Notes under the pieces: generated by a model
The model's database searches: none
The model's input: only the letters and a program-made list of their open reading frames with translations
Told to the model about the DNA's origin: nothing
Made by a program: the position numbers and the translations under genes
Shown here: in pieces, positions 1-8,601 of the stretch
Numbering within the stretch: position 1 is the stretch's first letter
Layout: each line of letters starts with the position of its first letter
Source of the DNA: Nitrospiria bacterium
GTDB taxonomy: Bacteria > Nitrospirota > Nitrospiria > JACQBZ01
Direction: 5' to 3'
NCBI GenBank assembly: GCA_035498035.1
Contig: DATKAN010000025.1
Coordinates: forward strand, 17,190-81,189
Length of the DNA: 64,000 nucleotides

Positions 1-444
1 CGTCGGCCCCAGAAATTGGTTGATGTTCTCCTGGGCCCGCTTGGCGAAGTCCTCGCGGATCTCATAGGAAATCACAAAACCTTTCTCCCCCACGGACCGA
101 AGCAGCGCCATCGTGAGCGCGCCGGAGCCGATTCCGGCCTCCAAAACCTTCGCGCCGGGGTAGATATCGGCCCACATCAGGATCAGTCCGAGGTCTTTGG
201 GGTAGATCACCTGTGCGCCGCGCGGCATTTTAAGGACATACTCGGCGAGCGTCGGTCGGAGGGCGATGAAAGGCGTCCCGCGGGAGGTTCGGACCGAAAC
301 GCCCTCCGGCCGGCCGATCAGATCGTCATGCGAAAACCGCTCGCCGCTGAACTGGAAGACGCCGCCCTTTTGCAGCACCACGCTGTACCGCCGGCCTTTG
401 TTACTGACGAGATGGATGCGATCCCCGGGGCGCAGGGCTGTCAT
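1..444 (-). CDS. trmI: tRNA (adenine-N1)-methyltransferase TrmI/GCD14 family, 3' portion missing (runs off window start)
   Basis: Minus-strand translation from ATG (RC at 442-444): MTALRPGDRIHLVSNKGRRYSVVLQKGG...LEAGIGSGALTMALLRSVG, GCD14/TrmI-like SAM MTase N-terminus. The 16..480 plus-strand ORF is the antisense shadow. 4-nt overlap with the upstream ttuA stop. Confidence 0.7.
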   Translation of the reverse strand, partial: MTALRPGDRIHLVSNKGRRYSVVLQKGGVFQFSGERFSHDDLIGRPEGVSVRTSRGTPFIALRPTLAEYVLKMPRGAQVIYPKDLGLILMWADIYPGAKVLEAGIGSGALTMALLRSVGEKGFVISYEIREDFAKRAQENINQFLGPT

Positions 445-1343
445 GTCGCGGCCTTTACCTTTTCCAAAATCCGGCAGTAGGAGCAGATCGCTCCCGTGGT
501 CGGTTGGCCGCAGCGGGTGCAGGATTGAATCTTTTCGTCTTCGCGAAACAGGTCTTCCCCTCTGCGTCGCTCCAGAAAACCGAAGTAGAAGGCCTGCTTC
601 GTCCCGGGGGCGTCCGCCTCGAGCCGGTTCAAGACCTCCTTGTTCACGAGCATCTTGGACCCGACGCTCATCGGGCATTCCTCGATCACGTAGTCGATCT
701 TGTTGACGACCGCATAGGCCGTGATCTCGCGCTCGGCCAGGCGGTAGAGCGGCTTGACTTTTTTTACCAACTTTTCATGGGTGGAGGGAAGCGCCGGCGA
801 CTGCTTGGCGAGATAATCCTCCTGCCACCGAAGGAGATTGCCCAAGAGACGGGACGCCTCGTCGTCCAAATTGTGGCCCGTCGCCAGGACGTCGAATCCA
901 CGGTCGCGAGCAATCCGGTTGAAATTGTACCGCTTCATCACCCCGCAGGCGGAACAGGGACTCCGGTCGGTCAGGTCGGCGAGTTCCAGCACCCCGGCTC
1001 CCTCTTCCTCTTTGAGAGAATGAACGATCAGCTCGACGGAGCGGGACCGGGCGAAGTCGGCCGTTTTCCGGTGGGAGGCCTCGGAATAATCTCCGATGCC
1101 CTGCTGGATATGCAGACCGGCCGTGTCATAGCCCAGGCGAATCAGAATGTCCCACAGCGTGAGGCTGTCTTTTCCACCCGAAACGGCCACCAGAATCCGG
1201 TCGGCGCGTTCGAACATCTTCTGGTCATGGATCGCCCGCCGGACCTGCTCGAGGACGTAATCGTTCAGGCAAGCGGCGCAAACCGAGGTGTTATGCCGCG
1301 GCATTTTCAGAACGGCCTTCCCGCCGCATCGTCGGCAGCGCAA
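441..1343 (-). CDS. ttuA: tRNA 2-thiolation PP-loop ATPase, TtuA/NcsA-like, with N- and C-terminal Zn fingers
   Basis: SGGKDS PP-loop motif. CxxC...CxxC at the N-terminus and CxxC...CxxC at the C-terminus. TTG start at 1343 with GAGGAG SD 9 nt upstream. Confidence 0.75.
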   Translation of the reverse strand: MRCRRCGGKAVLKMPRHNTSVCAACLNDYVLEQVRRAIHDQKMFERADRILVAVSGGKDSLTLWDILIRLGYDTAGLHIQQGIGDYSEASHRKTADFARSRSVELIVHSLKEEEGAGVLELADLTDRSPCSACGVMKRYNFNRIARDRGFDVLATGHNLDDEASRLLGNLLRWQEDYLAKQSPALPSTHEKLVKKVKPLYRLAEREITAYAVVNKIDYVIEECPMSVGSKMLVNKEVLNRLEADAPGTKQAFYFGFLERRRGEDLFREDEKIQSCTRCGQPTTGAICSYCRILEKVKAAT

Positions 1344-1377
1344 GCTACGGATCTCCTCTATTCACAGGCAAAAGCGG

Positions 1378-1474
1378 GTCCTGTCCTTCAGCAGCCCCAC
1401 CGTGCTCGCCACCCCGCCCGGTGTAGGGACCCCGGCTGCGCTCGGTGGGGCGCCCCGCTTCGGCCACCCGCTTT
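1378..1474. repeat. Repeat family A, copy 1 (~95 nt, GC-rich, nested hairpins), intergenic between ttuB and ttuA
   Basis: About 90% identical to 54176..54271. Contains CCCCACCG...CGGTGGGG and GCCCGG...CCGG(G)C inverted repeats. Confidence 0.6.
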
Positions 1475-1479
1475 TGCAG

Positions 1480-1674
1480 TTATCCCCCCGATATCACCGG
1501 CCGTATCTCGATCATATCGTCCTCCCGCAGCGCTTCGTCTTCCGTGACCAGCTCATCGCCCCGGAGGACCAACACGGCCTCCGGCAGAAGATCCAGTCTC
1601 TTCAACAGCTGGCCGACGGTCTTGGGCCCCTTGATCTCGGTTTCCCGTTTCGGATGCTGCAAGAGGATACGCAT
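1480..1674 (-). CDS. ttuB: ThiS/MoaD-like ubiquitin-fold sulfur carrier (TtuB-like), 64 aa ending in Gly-Gly
   Basis: C-terminal ...IRPVISGG. Size and composition fit ThiS/MoaD. Sits next to ttuA as in the Thermus TtuA/TtuB system. The longer 187-aa ORF is an unsupported N-terminal extension. Confidence 0.6.
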   Translation of the reverse strand: MRILLQHPKRETEIKGPKTVGQLLKRLDLLPEAVLVLRGDELVTEDEALREDDMIEIRPVISGG

Positions 1675-1749
1675 GCGGGCATCATACTCCCAAGTCCACC
1701 CCGTTTTCAACGGTTGACAGAAAAAAAGGTTAATGGCACAATTTGTTCG

Positions 1750-2823
1750 ATGCTCGACCGAGAGACCGTTCTCGCCATCCTGAAAACAAAGCTGGACATC
1801 GCCCCTGCAAACGTCGCCATCCGCGCGCTTCCAGGGGACGCCTCCAACCGGTCCTACTACCGTCTTCATTACACAAATCGGGATGGTCCGGCCACGCTGA
1901 TCCTCATGGAGCTGGCCGAACCGGAGGCGTTCAAGAAATCGGAAGAGGCCGTATCGGCCTCGACGGTCCGGGTCGACGAAATCCCGTATGTCAACATTCT
2001 CCGCCATCTGGCCCGATCGGACGTCGCCGTCCCGAAACTCCATTATTATGATCCCAAGGCCGGTCTACTTTTTCTGGAAGACCTGGGAGACCAAACGCTG
2101 GAAAAGGAGTTGAAGGCCCGCACGGCCGAGGAAATCCGACGGTACTACCGGCTCGCCATCGATGAACTGTTGAAGATCCAGGGACCGGCGACCCACGATC
2201 GAAACACGAACTGCATCGCCTTCGGCCGCGCCTTCGACATGCCTCTTTTCATGTGGGAATTCGATCATTTTCTCGAGTACGGGATCGAGGCCCGGACCGG
2301 GGCTTCGATCAACCCGGGCGACCGGGAAACCATTCGCGGGGAATTTTTAAAGATCAGCGAAACATTGGCCAGGGAACCCCGGGTCCTTACGCACCGGGAC
2401 TACCACAGCCGCAATTTGATGGTCCATGGGGAGCGTATCTGGCTGCTGGATTTTCAGGATGCCCTGATGGGCCCGTGTGTCTACGATCTGGCCTCCCTGC
2501 TGAGAGATTCTTATGCCGTTCTTCCGGAACCGGTGGTGGACGACCTGATCAATTATTTCCTGGATCGGCGGTCGGAATGGAACAACAAGGGTTTGCAAAG
2601 ACCGGAGCGGGCTCCCTTTCGCAAGCTGTTCGATCTCATGAGCCTCCAGCGGAACCTGAAAGCGGCCGGACGGTTTGTCTATATTGATATCGTGAAAAAA
2701 AGGCCTCATCTTCTTCCCTATATACCCCAGACGCTGGGATATGTTTGGCGCAATCTGAATCGATACGAGGAGTTGAAGAAGCTGAGGGATGTCCTTCAAC
2801 CTTATGTGGCGGAATTTCAATAA
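1750..2823 (+). CDS. amgK: Aminoglycoside-phosphotransferase-fold kinase, AmgK-like (MurNAc/GlcNAc anomeric kinase)
   Basis: APH/kinase fold motifs (HRDYHSRNLMV, DFQD). Immediately followed by a MurU-like nucleotidyltransferase. ATG at 1750, downstream of a TTGACA-17-CACAAT promoter-like site. Confidence 0.65.
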   Translation: MLDRETVLAILKTKLDIAPANVAIRALPGDASNRSYYRLHYTNRDGPATLILMELAEPEAFKKSEEAVSASTVRVDEIPYVNILRHLARSDVAVPKLHYYDPKAGLLFLEDLGDQTLEKELKARTAEEIRRYYRLAIDELLKIQGPATHDRNTNCIAFGRAFDMPLFMWEFDHFLEYGIEARTGASINPGDRETIRGEFLKISETLAREPRVLTHRDYHSRNLMVHGERIWLLDFQDALMGPCVYDLASLLRDSYAVLPEPVVDDLINYFLDRRSEWNNKGLQRPERAPFRKLFDLMSLQRNLKAAGRFVYIDIVKKRPHLLPYIPQTLGYVWRNLNRYEELKKLRDVLQPYVAEFQ

Positions 2824-3561
2824 ATGAAAGCGATGATCCTGGCCGCCGGCCTGGGGACCCGCCTCAGGCCCTTAACGGACAATCTGCCGAAACCGCTCCT
2901 CCCGCTCGAGGATAGACCTTTGATCGAGTATACGCTGCGGCTGCTTCGAAAATACGGGCTGAGGGAGGTCGTCATCAACCTGCACTACCAGGGGGAAAAA
3001 ATCGTGCAGGCCCTGGGAGACGGATCCCGATGGGGAATGAAGATCCGGTATTCGGAAGAACCCCAGATCCTGGGAACCGGCGGCGGAATCAAAAAAATGG
3101 CCCGCTTCTTCTCCGACGAACCTTTTCTGGTGATCAACAGCGACATCTTGGTGGAGATCCGCTTGGACCGGCTCGTCGAATTTCATCAGCGCCAAAATGG
3201 CACGGCCACCCTGGTCCTGAGGGAAGATCCGGAGGTCGATTCATGGGGAGCGGTCGGCATCGACCCGCAGCGCCGGATCCGCCAATTTCTGGGCCGACCG
3301 GATTGGACGGGAAAGGCCCTTGCCAAAAGGATGTTCGCCGGCATCCACGTGATGGATCCCCGCGTCCTCTCCTATATCCCCGATCAAGGTTTCTCCACCA
3401 TCATCGATGCCTATCTGGAGATGCTTCAAAAGGGGGAGCGGCTTCTCGGTCACGAGTTCGGGGATTATTGGATGGACATCGGTACACCGGAACGCTATCG
3501 TAAAGCGCAGGAGGATTTAAAAGGGAAAAGGGTGCGGCTGTCCTACATGCAGGGGGGCTAA
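2824..3561 (+). CDS. murU: Sugar-1-phosphate nucleotidyltransferase, MurU-like
   Basis: MKAMILAAGLGTRLRPLT N-terminal nucleotidyltransferase signature. ATG abuts the amgK stop. Confidence 0.7.
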   Translation: MKAMILAAGLGTRLRPLTDNLPKPLLPLEDRPLIEYTLRLLRKYGLREVVINLHYQGEKIVQALGDGSRWGMKIRYSEEPQILGTGGGIKKMARFFSDEPFLVINSDILVEIRLDRLVEFHQRQNGTATLVLREDPEVDSWGAVGIDPQRRIRQFLGRPDWTGKALAKRMFAGIHVMDPRVLSYIPDQGFSTIIDAYLEMLQKGERLLGHEFGDYWMDIGTPERYRKAQEDLKGKRVRLSYMQGG

Positions 3562-4523
3562 ACCTTACCCTTGGTCAATTCCCCCCCGTCGCTCAACTCG
3601 ATGCGGTTTCTTCCCGCCCGTTTGGCTTTATACAGGGCGAAATCGGCGGATCGAATGAGATCCTCCTTGGAGGCGATCAAGGAATCGGGAAGCCCGGAAA
3701 TTCCGATGCTGATTGTGATGATCCGGTCCGGCGGAAACCCTGGAAAACGGAGCGAGGAAACGCTTTCAAGGATTCGGGTGGCGGGTTTAATCGCCTCGTT
3801 CGGGCGGGTCTTGGGGAGCAAGAGAACGAACTCCTCTCCTCCGTATCGAGCCGCCACCTCGATCAATCGCACGCTCTGTTTCAGAATCCCTGCGATTTCG
3901 ACCAGGACCTTGTCCCCGATCGGATGGCCGAAGGAATCGTTGATTTCCTTGAAATGGTCGATATCCATCATGAGACAGCTAAAGGGTTCGTTAAATCGCT
4001 TGGCGCGAGAGAACTCTCGATCCAGCAGTTCGAAGAAATGCCGTCGATTGTAAAGTCCGGTGCCGGCGTCCGTAATCGCCCTCTGTCTGACATCCAGCAA
4101 TTGATTTTCGAGTTGATCATTGGCGCCCCGAAGCTCGTCTTCCCGCATTTTTGTCCGCAGGCAAACCTGAATCCGTGCCAGCAACTCTTTATCGCTGAAC
4201 GGCTTGGGAACGTAATCATCCGCTCCGATCTGCAAACCGGCCACTTTGTCTTCCACCGAGCCCTTGGAGGTCAGCATAATGACGGGTACGGAACGGGTCG
4301 ACTCGTCCCGCTTCAACCACTGGCAGATCTGTGCTCCGGAAAAATCAGGAAGGACGACATCCAATAAAACAAGATCGATGGGTTGGGTCTTGGCCAATCG
4401 GAATCCGGTCCCTCCATTCTCGGCCAATATGACTTCATGGCCGCCCGCCTCCACGACAGCCTGGGTTTGTTTGGCTTGGAGGGGATTATCCTCGATTAAG
4501 AGTATTCTGGCCTTCGACATCAC
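3558..4523 (-). CDS. Response regulator with GGDEF diguanylate cyclase domain (PleD/WspR-like)
   Basis: REC domain (LLIEDN, D...LPDFSG...K) followed by a GGEEF active-site motif. Confidence 0.85.
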   Translation of the reverse strand: MMSKARILLIEDNPLQAKQTQAVVEAGGHEVILAENGGTGFRLAKTQPIDLVLLDVVLPDFSGAQICQWLKRDESTRSVPVIMLTSKGSVEDKVAGLQIGADDYVPKPFSDKELLARIQVCLRTKMREDELRGANDQLENQLLDVRQRAITDAGTGLYNRRHFFELLDREFSRAKRFNEPFSCLMMDIDHFKEINDSFGHPIGDKVLVEIAGILKQSVRLIEVAARYGGEEFVLLLPKTRPNEAIKPATRILESVSSLRFPGFPPDRIITISIGISGLPDSLIASKEDLIRSADFALYKAKRAGRNRIELSDGGELTKGKV

Positions 4524-4683
4524 ATGCCTCGGTGTATCACGGGAAATCGATCGGGAGGAAGTTTAACGGATCTTACGGGTTTTACATGGACAGTTCCATC
4601 CCAATCCTATTTTTAGTATAACAGAACTCCCCCTCCTGTCAAACCACAAAGGAAGCCTAACCAATTGAATTAAAATAAATTTC

Positions 4684-5082
4684 TTATAATGCCGCAACGA
4701 CTTTCTGGAGGCGGACCGATACTTCCTGGGCAATAGGTTCCAGCAGGGGGTTATCGATCCGGCTGAGCGCGACGATCGGATTGATCGCCGAGACCACGGT
4801 CTTTCCTATTTCGTTTTCATAAACAATCACGTTGCAGGGGAGAAACAATCCCAGTTCGGTTTCTTGACTCAGGGCCCGATAGGCGAGGTTCGGATTGCAT
4901 GCCCCCAAAATCTTGTATTTTTTGAAATCCACCCCCAGCTTTTTTTTGAGCGTTTCTTTGACGTCGATTTCGGTGAGCACCCCGAAACCTTCTTTTTTAA
5001 GCTCCTCCGCAATCTTCACCAAGGCTTCTTCGTAGGGAACGTTCACCGTTTTGGAATAGCCGTATTGATGTTCGGTCTTCAT
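4684..5082 (-). CDS. DUF302 domain protein
   Basis: 132 aa; sequence pattern typical of DUF302. 4-nt overlap with the upstream gene. Confidence 0.55.
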   Translation of the reverse strand: MKTEHQYGYSKTVNVPYEEALVKIAEELKKEGFGVLTEIDVKETLKKKLGVDFKKYKILGACNPNLAYRALSQETELGLFLPCNVIVYENEIGKTVVSAINPIVALSRIDNPLLEPIAQEVSVRLQKVVAAL

Positions 5083-5645
5083 GATTTTCTCCTCTGATTG
5101 AAGGATGGTTTTCGTTTCGCGGGTCGGGCGCGTCCTTGAACGGCCCGTTTATAGTCCTGCGCGTACCGGACATAGTTGCTTGCGGCTTTCAGAATATAGT
5201 CGCGTTGTTCGGGACGGATGGGCTGAATGGGCCGGCCGGGAATCCCCGTGACCAGGAAACCGGGAGGGATAACCGTATTTTCGGTCACCACCGCGCCGGC
5301 GCCGATCAGCGCGTTCTCGCCGATGACGGCACCGTTCAAGACGACCGCTCCGATCCCGATCATCGCTCCGTCCTTGACGGTGGCCCCATGCACCATCGCG
5401 CCGTGGCCGATCGTGACGCGGCTTCCGATCACACAGGGAAATCCGTGTCCGACATGAAGAACCGCCCCATCCTGGATGTTGGTCTCTTCCCCCACGCGAA
5501 TGGGGGCGATATCGCCGCGAACCACGGCCGAGAACCAGACGCTGGAGGACTTTCCGATCGAAACGTCGCCCACAACGGTGGCCGTTTCTGCGATGAAGAC
5601 CGAGGGATCGATCTTATTGCGAGACGGGCTGGAGGGGGAAGGCAT
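5079..5645 (-). CDS. Gamma-carbonic-anhydrase / hexapeptide-repeat (LbH) family protein
   Basis: Hexapeptide repeats, gamma-class carbonic anhydrase family (YrdA/PaaY-like); its N-terminus resembles the start at MPSPSS. Confidence 0.7.
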   Translation of the reverse strand: MPSPSSPSRNKIDPSVFIAETATVVGDVSIGKSSSVWFSAVVRGDIAPIRVGEETNIQDGAVLHVGHGFPCVIGSRVTIGHGAMVHGATVKDGAMIGIGAVVLNGAVIGENALIGAGAVVTENTVIPPGFLVTGIPGRPIQPIRPEQRDYILKAASNYVRYAQDYKRAVQGRARPAKRKPSFNQRRKS

Positions 5646-5655
5646 GCAACCTCTC

Positions 5656-6339
5656 TTATCGGACGGTCCGGTAGCACCGTGCCAATCGGGCCGGGGAGAC
5701 GCCCAGATAATAAAGCACCACATAGATCTGGTTGCGCAACGTGGTGTAACCCGCCCCTTCTTTGTCCCACCGTCGGGATGAAGTCACGATCGGTCGGGAC
5801 AGCAACTTGACTTTCCCCAGGCTCTTGAGTCGTCGGGCGAACTCGAGATCCTCCATGATCGGAATTTCAGGATACCCGCCCGACTGTTCAAAGACCGACC
5901 GGCGCACGAAGATTCCCTGGTCCCCGTATGGGATCCCGGTCAGGCGGGTCCGCCAATTGGCCGCCGCCGCCACAAGGCGCAGGATCCTTCGTGGGGAATC
6001 AATCCCCAGACGGAAAGCTCCCCACAAAACGTCGGGATCTTCAAGCGCCCGGATCAGTTCACGAAAAGCGTCATCCGATAAACAAGAATCCGCATGAAGA
6101 AACACAAACACCTCGCCGGCCGCCGCGCGGGCTCCGGCATTCATCTGCCGGCCCCGGCCGGCCTCCGTCAACAGAACCTTATCCGCATACGGTCCGGCCA
6201 ACGCCCGCGTGTCATCCGAACTGTGTCCGTCGACAACGATCCGTTCCAGACCATCCCGTTTCGACAAGGCCGCCATTGTCTTCTCGATGACCGTGGCTTC
6301 ATTGAGCGTCGGGATGATGACGGAGATACGCGGTACCAT
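5656..6339 (-). CDS. Family-2 glycosyltransferase
   Basis: ISVIIPTLNE...DGHSSDDT...ED GT2 signatures. Confidence 0.75.
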   Translation of the reverse strand: MVPRISVIIPTLNEATVIEKTMAALSKRDGLERIVVDGHSSDDTRALAGPYADKVLLTEAGRGRQMNAGARAAAGEVFVFLHADSCLSDDAFRELIRALEDPDVLWGAFRLGIDSPRRILRLVAAAANWRTRLTGIPYGDQGIFVRRSVFEQSGGYPEIPIMEDLEFARRLKSLGKVKLLSRPIVTSSRRWDKEGAGYTTLRNQIYVVLYYLGVSPARLARCYRTVR

Positions 6340-6359
6340 GGCGTTGGCCTCGGGGCGAT

Positions 6360-6575
6360 TTACTTCAGCGCCAGGTAATGTTCCGGATTCTTGTCGAACT
6401 TCTCCTTGCAGCTCTTCGCGCAGAAATAATACGTCGTGCCTTTATAAACGGAATTCCCCGCCGCCTTTTTCTCGTCGATCATCATCCCGCAGACCGGATC
6501 CTTTTCCACGATGGCTCCTTTTCTAATAAGATTAGAACGGATGAATTCATCTTGCTCTTTGTGTGCATCCCGCAT
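6360..6575 (-). CDS. YHS/TRASH-domain metal-binding protein
   Basis: VCGMMIDEK...YYFCAKSCKEKFDKNPEHY. Confidence 0.6.
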   Translation of the reverse strand: MRDAHKEQDEFIRSNLIRKGAIVEKDPVCGMMIDEKKAAGNSVYKGTTYYFCAKSCKEKFDKNPEHYLALK

Positions 6576-6613
6576 CCCGGGAGAAAGTTACACGGATCAG
6601 GGGGAAGACATCC

Positions 6614-7927
6614 TCAAAACTTGTTCAGCACCAACCCCGTCAGCGGCTTGGGATAGAAATAAGTGGATTTCTGCGGCATGCGGTCTCCGACCAGGACCAC
6701 GTCCCGCACCTGTCGGATCTTGGTCGGATTGAGGAAGAAGGCCAGACCGGCCGAACGGCTTTGGACCGCCTTGATCGCCTTCTCTTCGTCTTTGACAAAC
6801 TGGACCTGACCTTCCTTCTTGGCCGCGGGGTCGGTAATCCCCAATGCGCCTTCCAGGATGTTTTTTTGAAAGATCGAAACATCCAACCCCTCCAGAGCCT
6901 TGGAGGTCTTGGGCGCAAACTCCGGTTTCAGCTTCAATAAATGAAAAGAGGGCTCGCTCCCGGCGTACAGGCCGAAGACGGTCGCGGATTGGCCCGCCTT
7001 CGACATCTCCTCGAAAAGTTTTTTCCGAACCCGGGATTCCGTGGTGTTATTGAAGTCCATATGGGTCACGTCAAACGACTGCGCCAACCGATGCTTCAGG
7101 GTTTTTAGATCGCAGGGCAGCGGGTTCAGGATGACTCGGTGAATCGGCAGCAGCGAGATGCCGGCGTCATCCATGTTGGAGCAGAAAATAAAAACGGCCT
7201 CGTACGGTTTTGGCCCCGGGGAGGGATCCTTGGCCCTCATTTCGCCCATGAAGGTCAGGGCCGTCTCATAGCGATGATGGCCGTCCGCAATAAACAGGGG
7301 ATGATCCTTCATGGAGTCGCACAGGGTATCCACCACAGACGGCGTTGAAATCTTCCAGAGCCGGTGGCGGATCTCCTCTTCGCCGACGATATTGATCAGC
7401 GGATGGGCTTCATCGACCGAACGTTCCAACCCGGCGATCCGATCACCGCCCGGGTCGGAATAAAGCATGAAAATGGGACTGGTGTTGGCTTGGCAGGCTC
7501 GCATCAGCCGGAGGCGATCCTGTTTGGCCTTTGGAAAGGTAAACTCGTGCGGAAAAATCTTTCCTTTTCCGATTTCCTCCAGTTGAACCAGAGAAAAGAA
7601 ACCCTTCAGTGTTTTCTTCTCCTGGGTCGGCAAAAGGTAATCGAGTTTGTATAAATACAGGGACGGCTCGGAATCCCTTTCGAGCACTCCCTGTTTAACC
7701 CAATCTTTCAAATACGCCGCGGCCCGGGTGTAGCGGTTGTTTGTCGGACTGTCGTCGGGGTTCTCCTTGCCCAATTCCACCCGAATGATGTTGTACTCGT
7801 GGGCGTGATAATAGCGGTCCTGTGCCGGGCCATCGATGACGTCGTACGGCGGGCAGACCGCCTTGCGAAGATCTTTGACCTTATTGGCATTGAAACGAAG
7901 GCCTTGAAACGGTAAGAGAACAGCCAT
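6614..7927 (-). CDS. DUF1015 family protein
   Basis: N-terminus MAVLLPFQGLRFNANKV and length (437 aa) typical of DUF1015. Confidence 0.6.
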   Translation of the reverse strand: MAVLLPFQGLRFNANKVKDLRKAVCPPYDVIDGPAQDRYYHAHEYNIIRVELGKENPDDSPTNNRYTRAAAYLKDWVKQGVLERDSEPSLYLYKLDYLLPTQEKKTLKGFFSLVQLEEIGKGKIFPHEFTFPKAKQDRLRLMRACQANTSPIFMLYSDPGGDRIAGLERSVDEAHPLINIVGEEEIRHRLWKISTPSVVDTLCDSMKDHPLFIADGHHRYETALTFMGEMRAKDPSPGPKPYEAVFIFCSNMDDAGISLLPIHRVILNPLPCDLKTLKHRLAQSFDVTHMDFNNTTESRVRKKLFEEMSKAGQSATVFGLYAGSEPSFHLLKLKPEFAPKTSKALEGLDVSIFQKNILEGALGITDPAAKKEGQVQFVKDEEKAIKAVQSRSAGLAFFLNPTKIRQVRDVVLVGDRMPQKSTYFYPKPLTGLVLNKF

Positions 7928-8065
7928 CGGAACCCTCCGAAACGATGATCGAAGCTCCCACCCGGTAAAACGGCGTGGAACCTCCGCCGGGAAAGGGACT
8001 AAACCTAAGATTTTATTTCGGCCTCTCCCCGGCCCGAACGGACCGGGAACGCGGCCGATGCGCCA

Positions 8066-8584
8066 TCAGCGGAACCGCTGCACGGTAAAAGAGTAAAGCT
8101 CGACCGCCTCATCGGTCATGATGCCGGCCTTCTGCTTCGCCTCCCGGATCTGTTGCTCTGCCGTCTGGATACCGTCCAGATCCGGCAGCAACAAGCCGCG
8201 CCTCGGACCCTGTACAACCAAGATCCCCAATCGCCGGGGATCCAAGTCCTGCGCGGCGGTTGGGACCGGAATCGAAAGAATGTCCACCGAACAGTCGATC
8301 TCCTTCAACTCCGGCAAGATCACGGGACTAAAACGGGGGTCGCGGGTGGCCGAGGCAATCGCGTTATGAACCACCTCTTCGGCCACCGTAGCCCGCGCGG
8401 GCTCATAGGTACCCACACAACCGCGCAATTGGCCGTTTTTCTTCAGGCAAACAAACGTGCCCGCGGGCCGGGAAAAAGCCCCGGCCAGGGAAACGGGTGG
8501 CGGCATCACGATCCGCCGGCTCAGATATTCATGGATGGCTTCTTGGGCTAATTCAACCAACGGATGGGGTTTGGGTGCTTGCAT
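8066..8584 (-). CDS. AMMECR1 domain protein
   Basis: ...LRGCVGT... AMMECR1 core motif. ATG at 8584 gives an N-terminus matching family starts. The ORF-track start at 8605 is a TTG. Confidence 0.7.
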   Translation of the reverse strand: MQAPKPHPLVELAQEAIHEYLSRRIVMPPPVSLAGAFSRPAGTFVCLKKNGQLRGCVGTYEPARATVAEEVVHNAIASATRDPRFSPVILPELKEIDCSVDILSIPVPTAAQDLDPRRLGILVVQGPRRGLLLPDLDGIQTAEQQIREAKQKAGIMTDEAVELYSFTVQRFR

Positions 8585-8601
8585 CGGAGTCGATCGCGGA
8601 A

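Noticed and set aside
504-1547. Long plus-strand ORFs antisense to ttuA/ttuB, and similar long shadow ORFs (23666-24817 -, 26420-29104 +, 34465-35562 -, 36262-37194 -, 49247-50758 +, 54278 region +)
   Set aside because: Arg/Pro/Gly-rich, low-complexity translations typical of high-GC antisense frames. Each overlaps a strongly supported gene on the other strand.
7990-8045. GC-rich extended hairpin (CGGCC...CCCGG...CCGGG...GGCCG) between the AMMECR1 and DUF1015 genes
   Set aside because: Considered as a terminator, but the T-run lies 5' of the stem on the plus strand and an A-run follows it on the minus strand, so it has no terminator geometry for either flanking gene.
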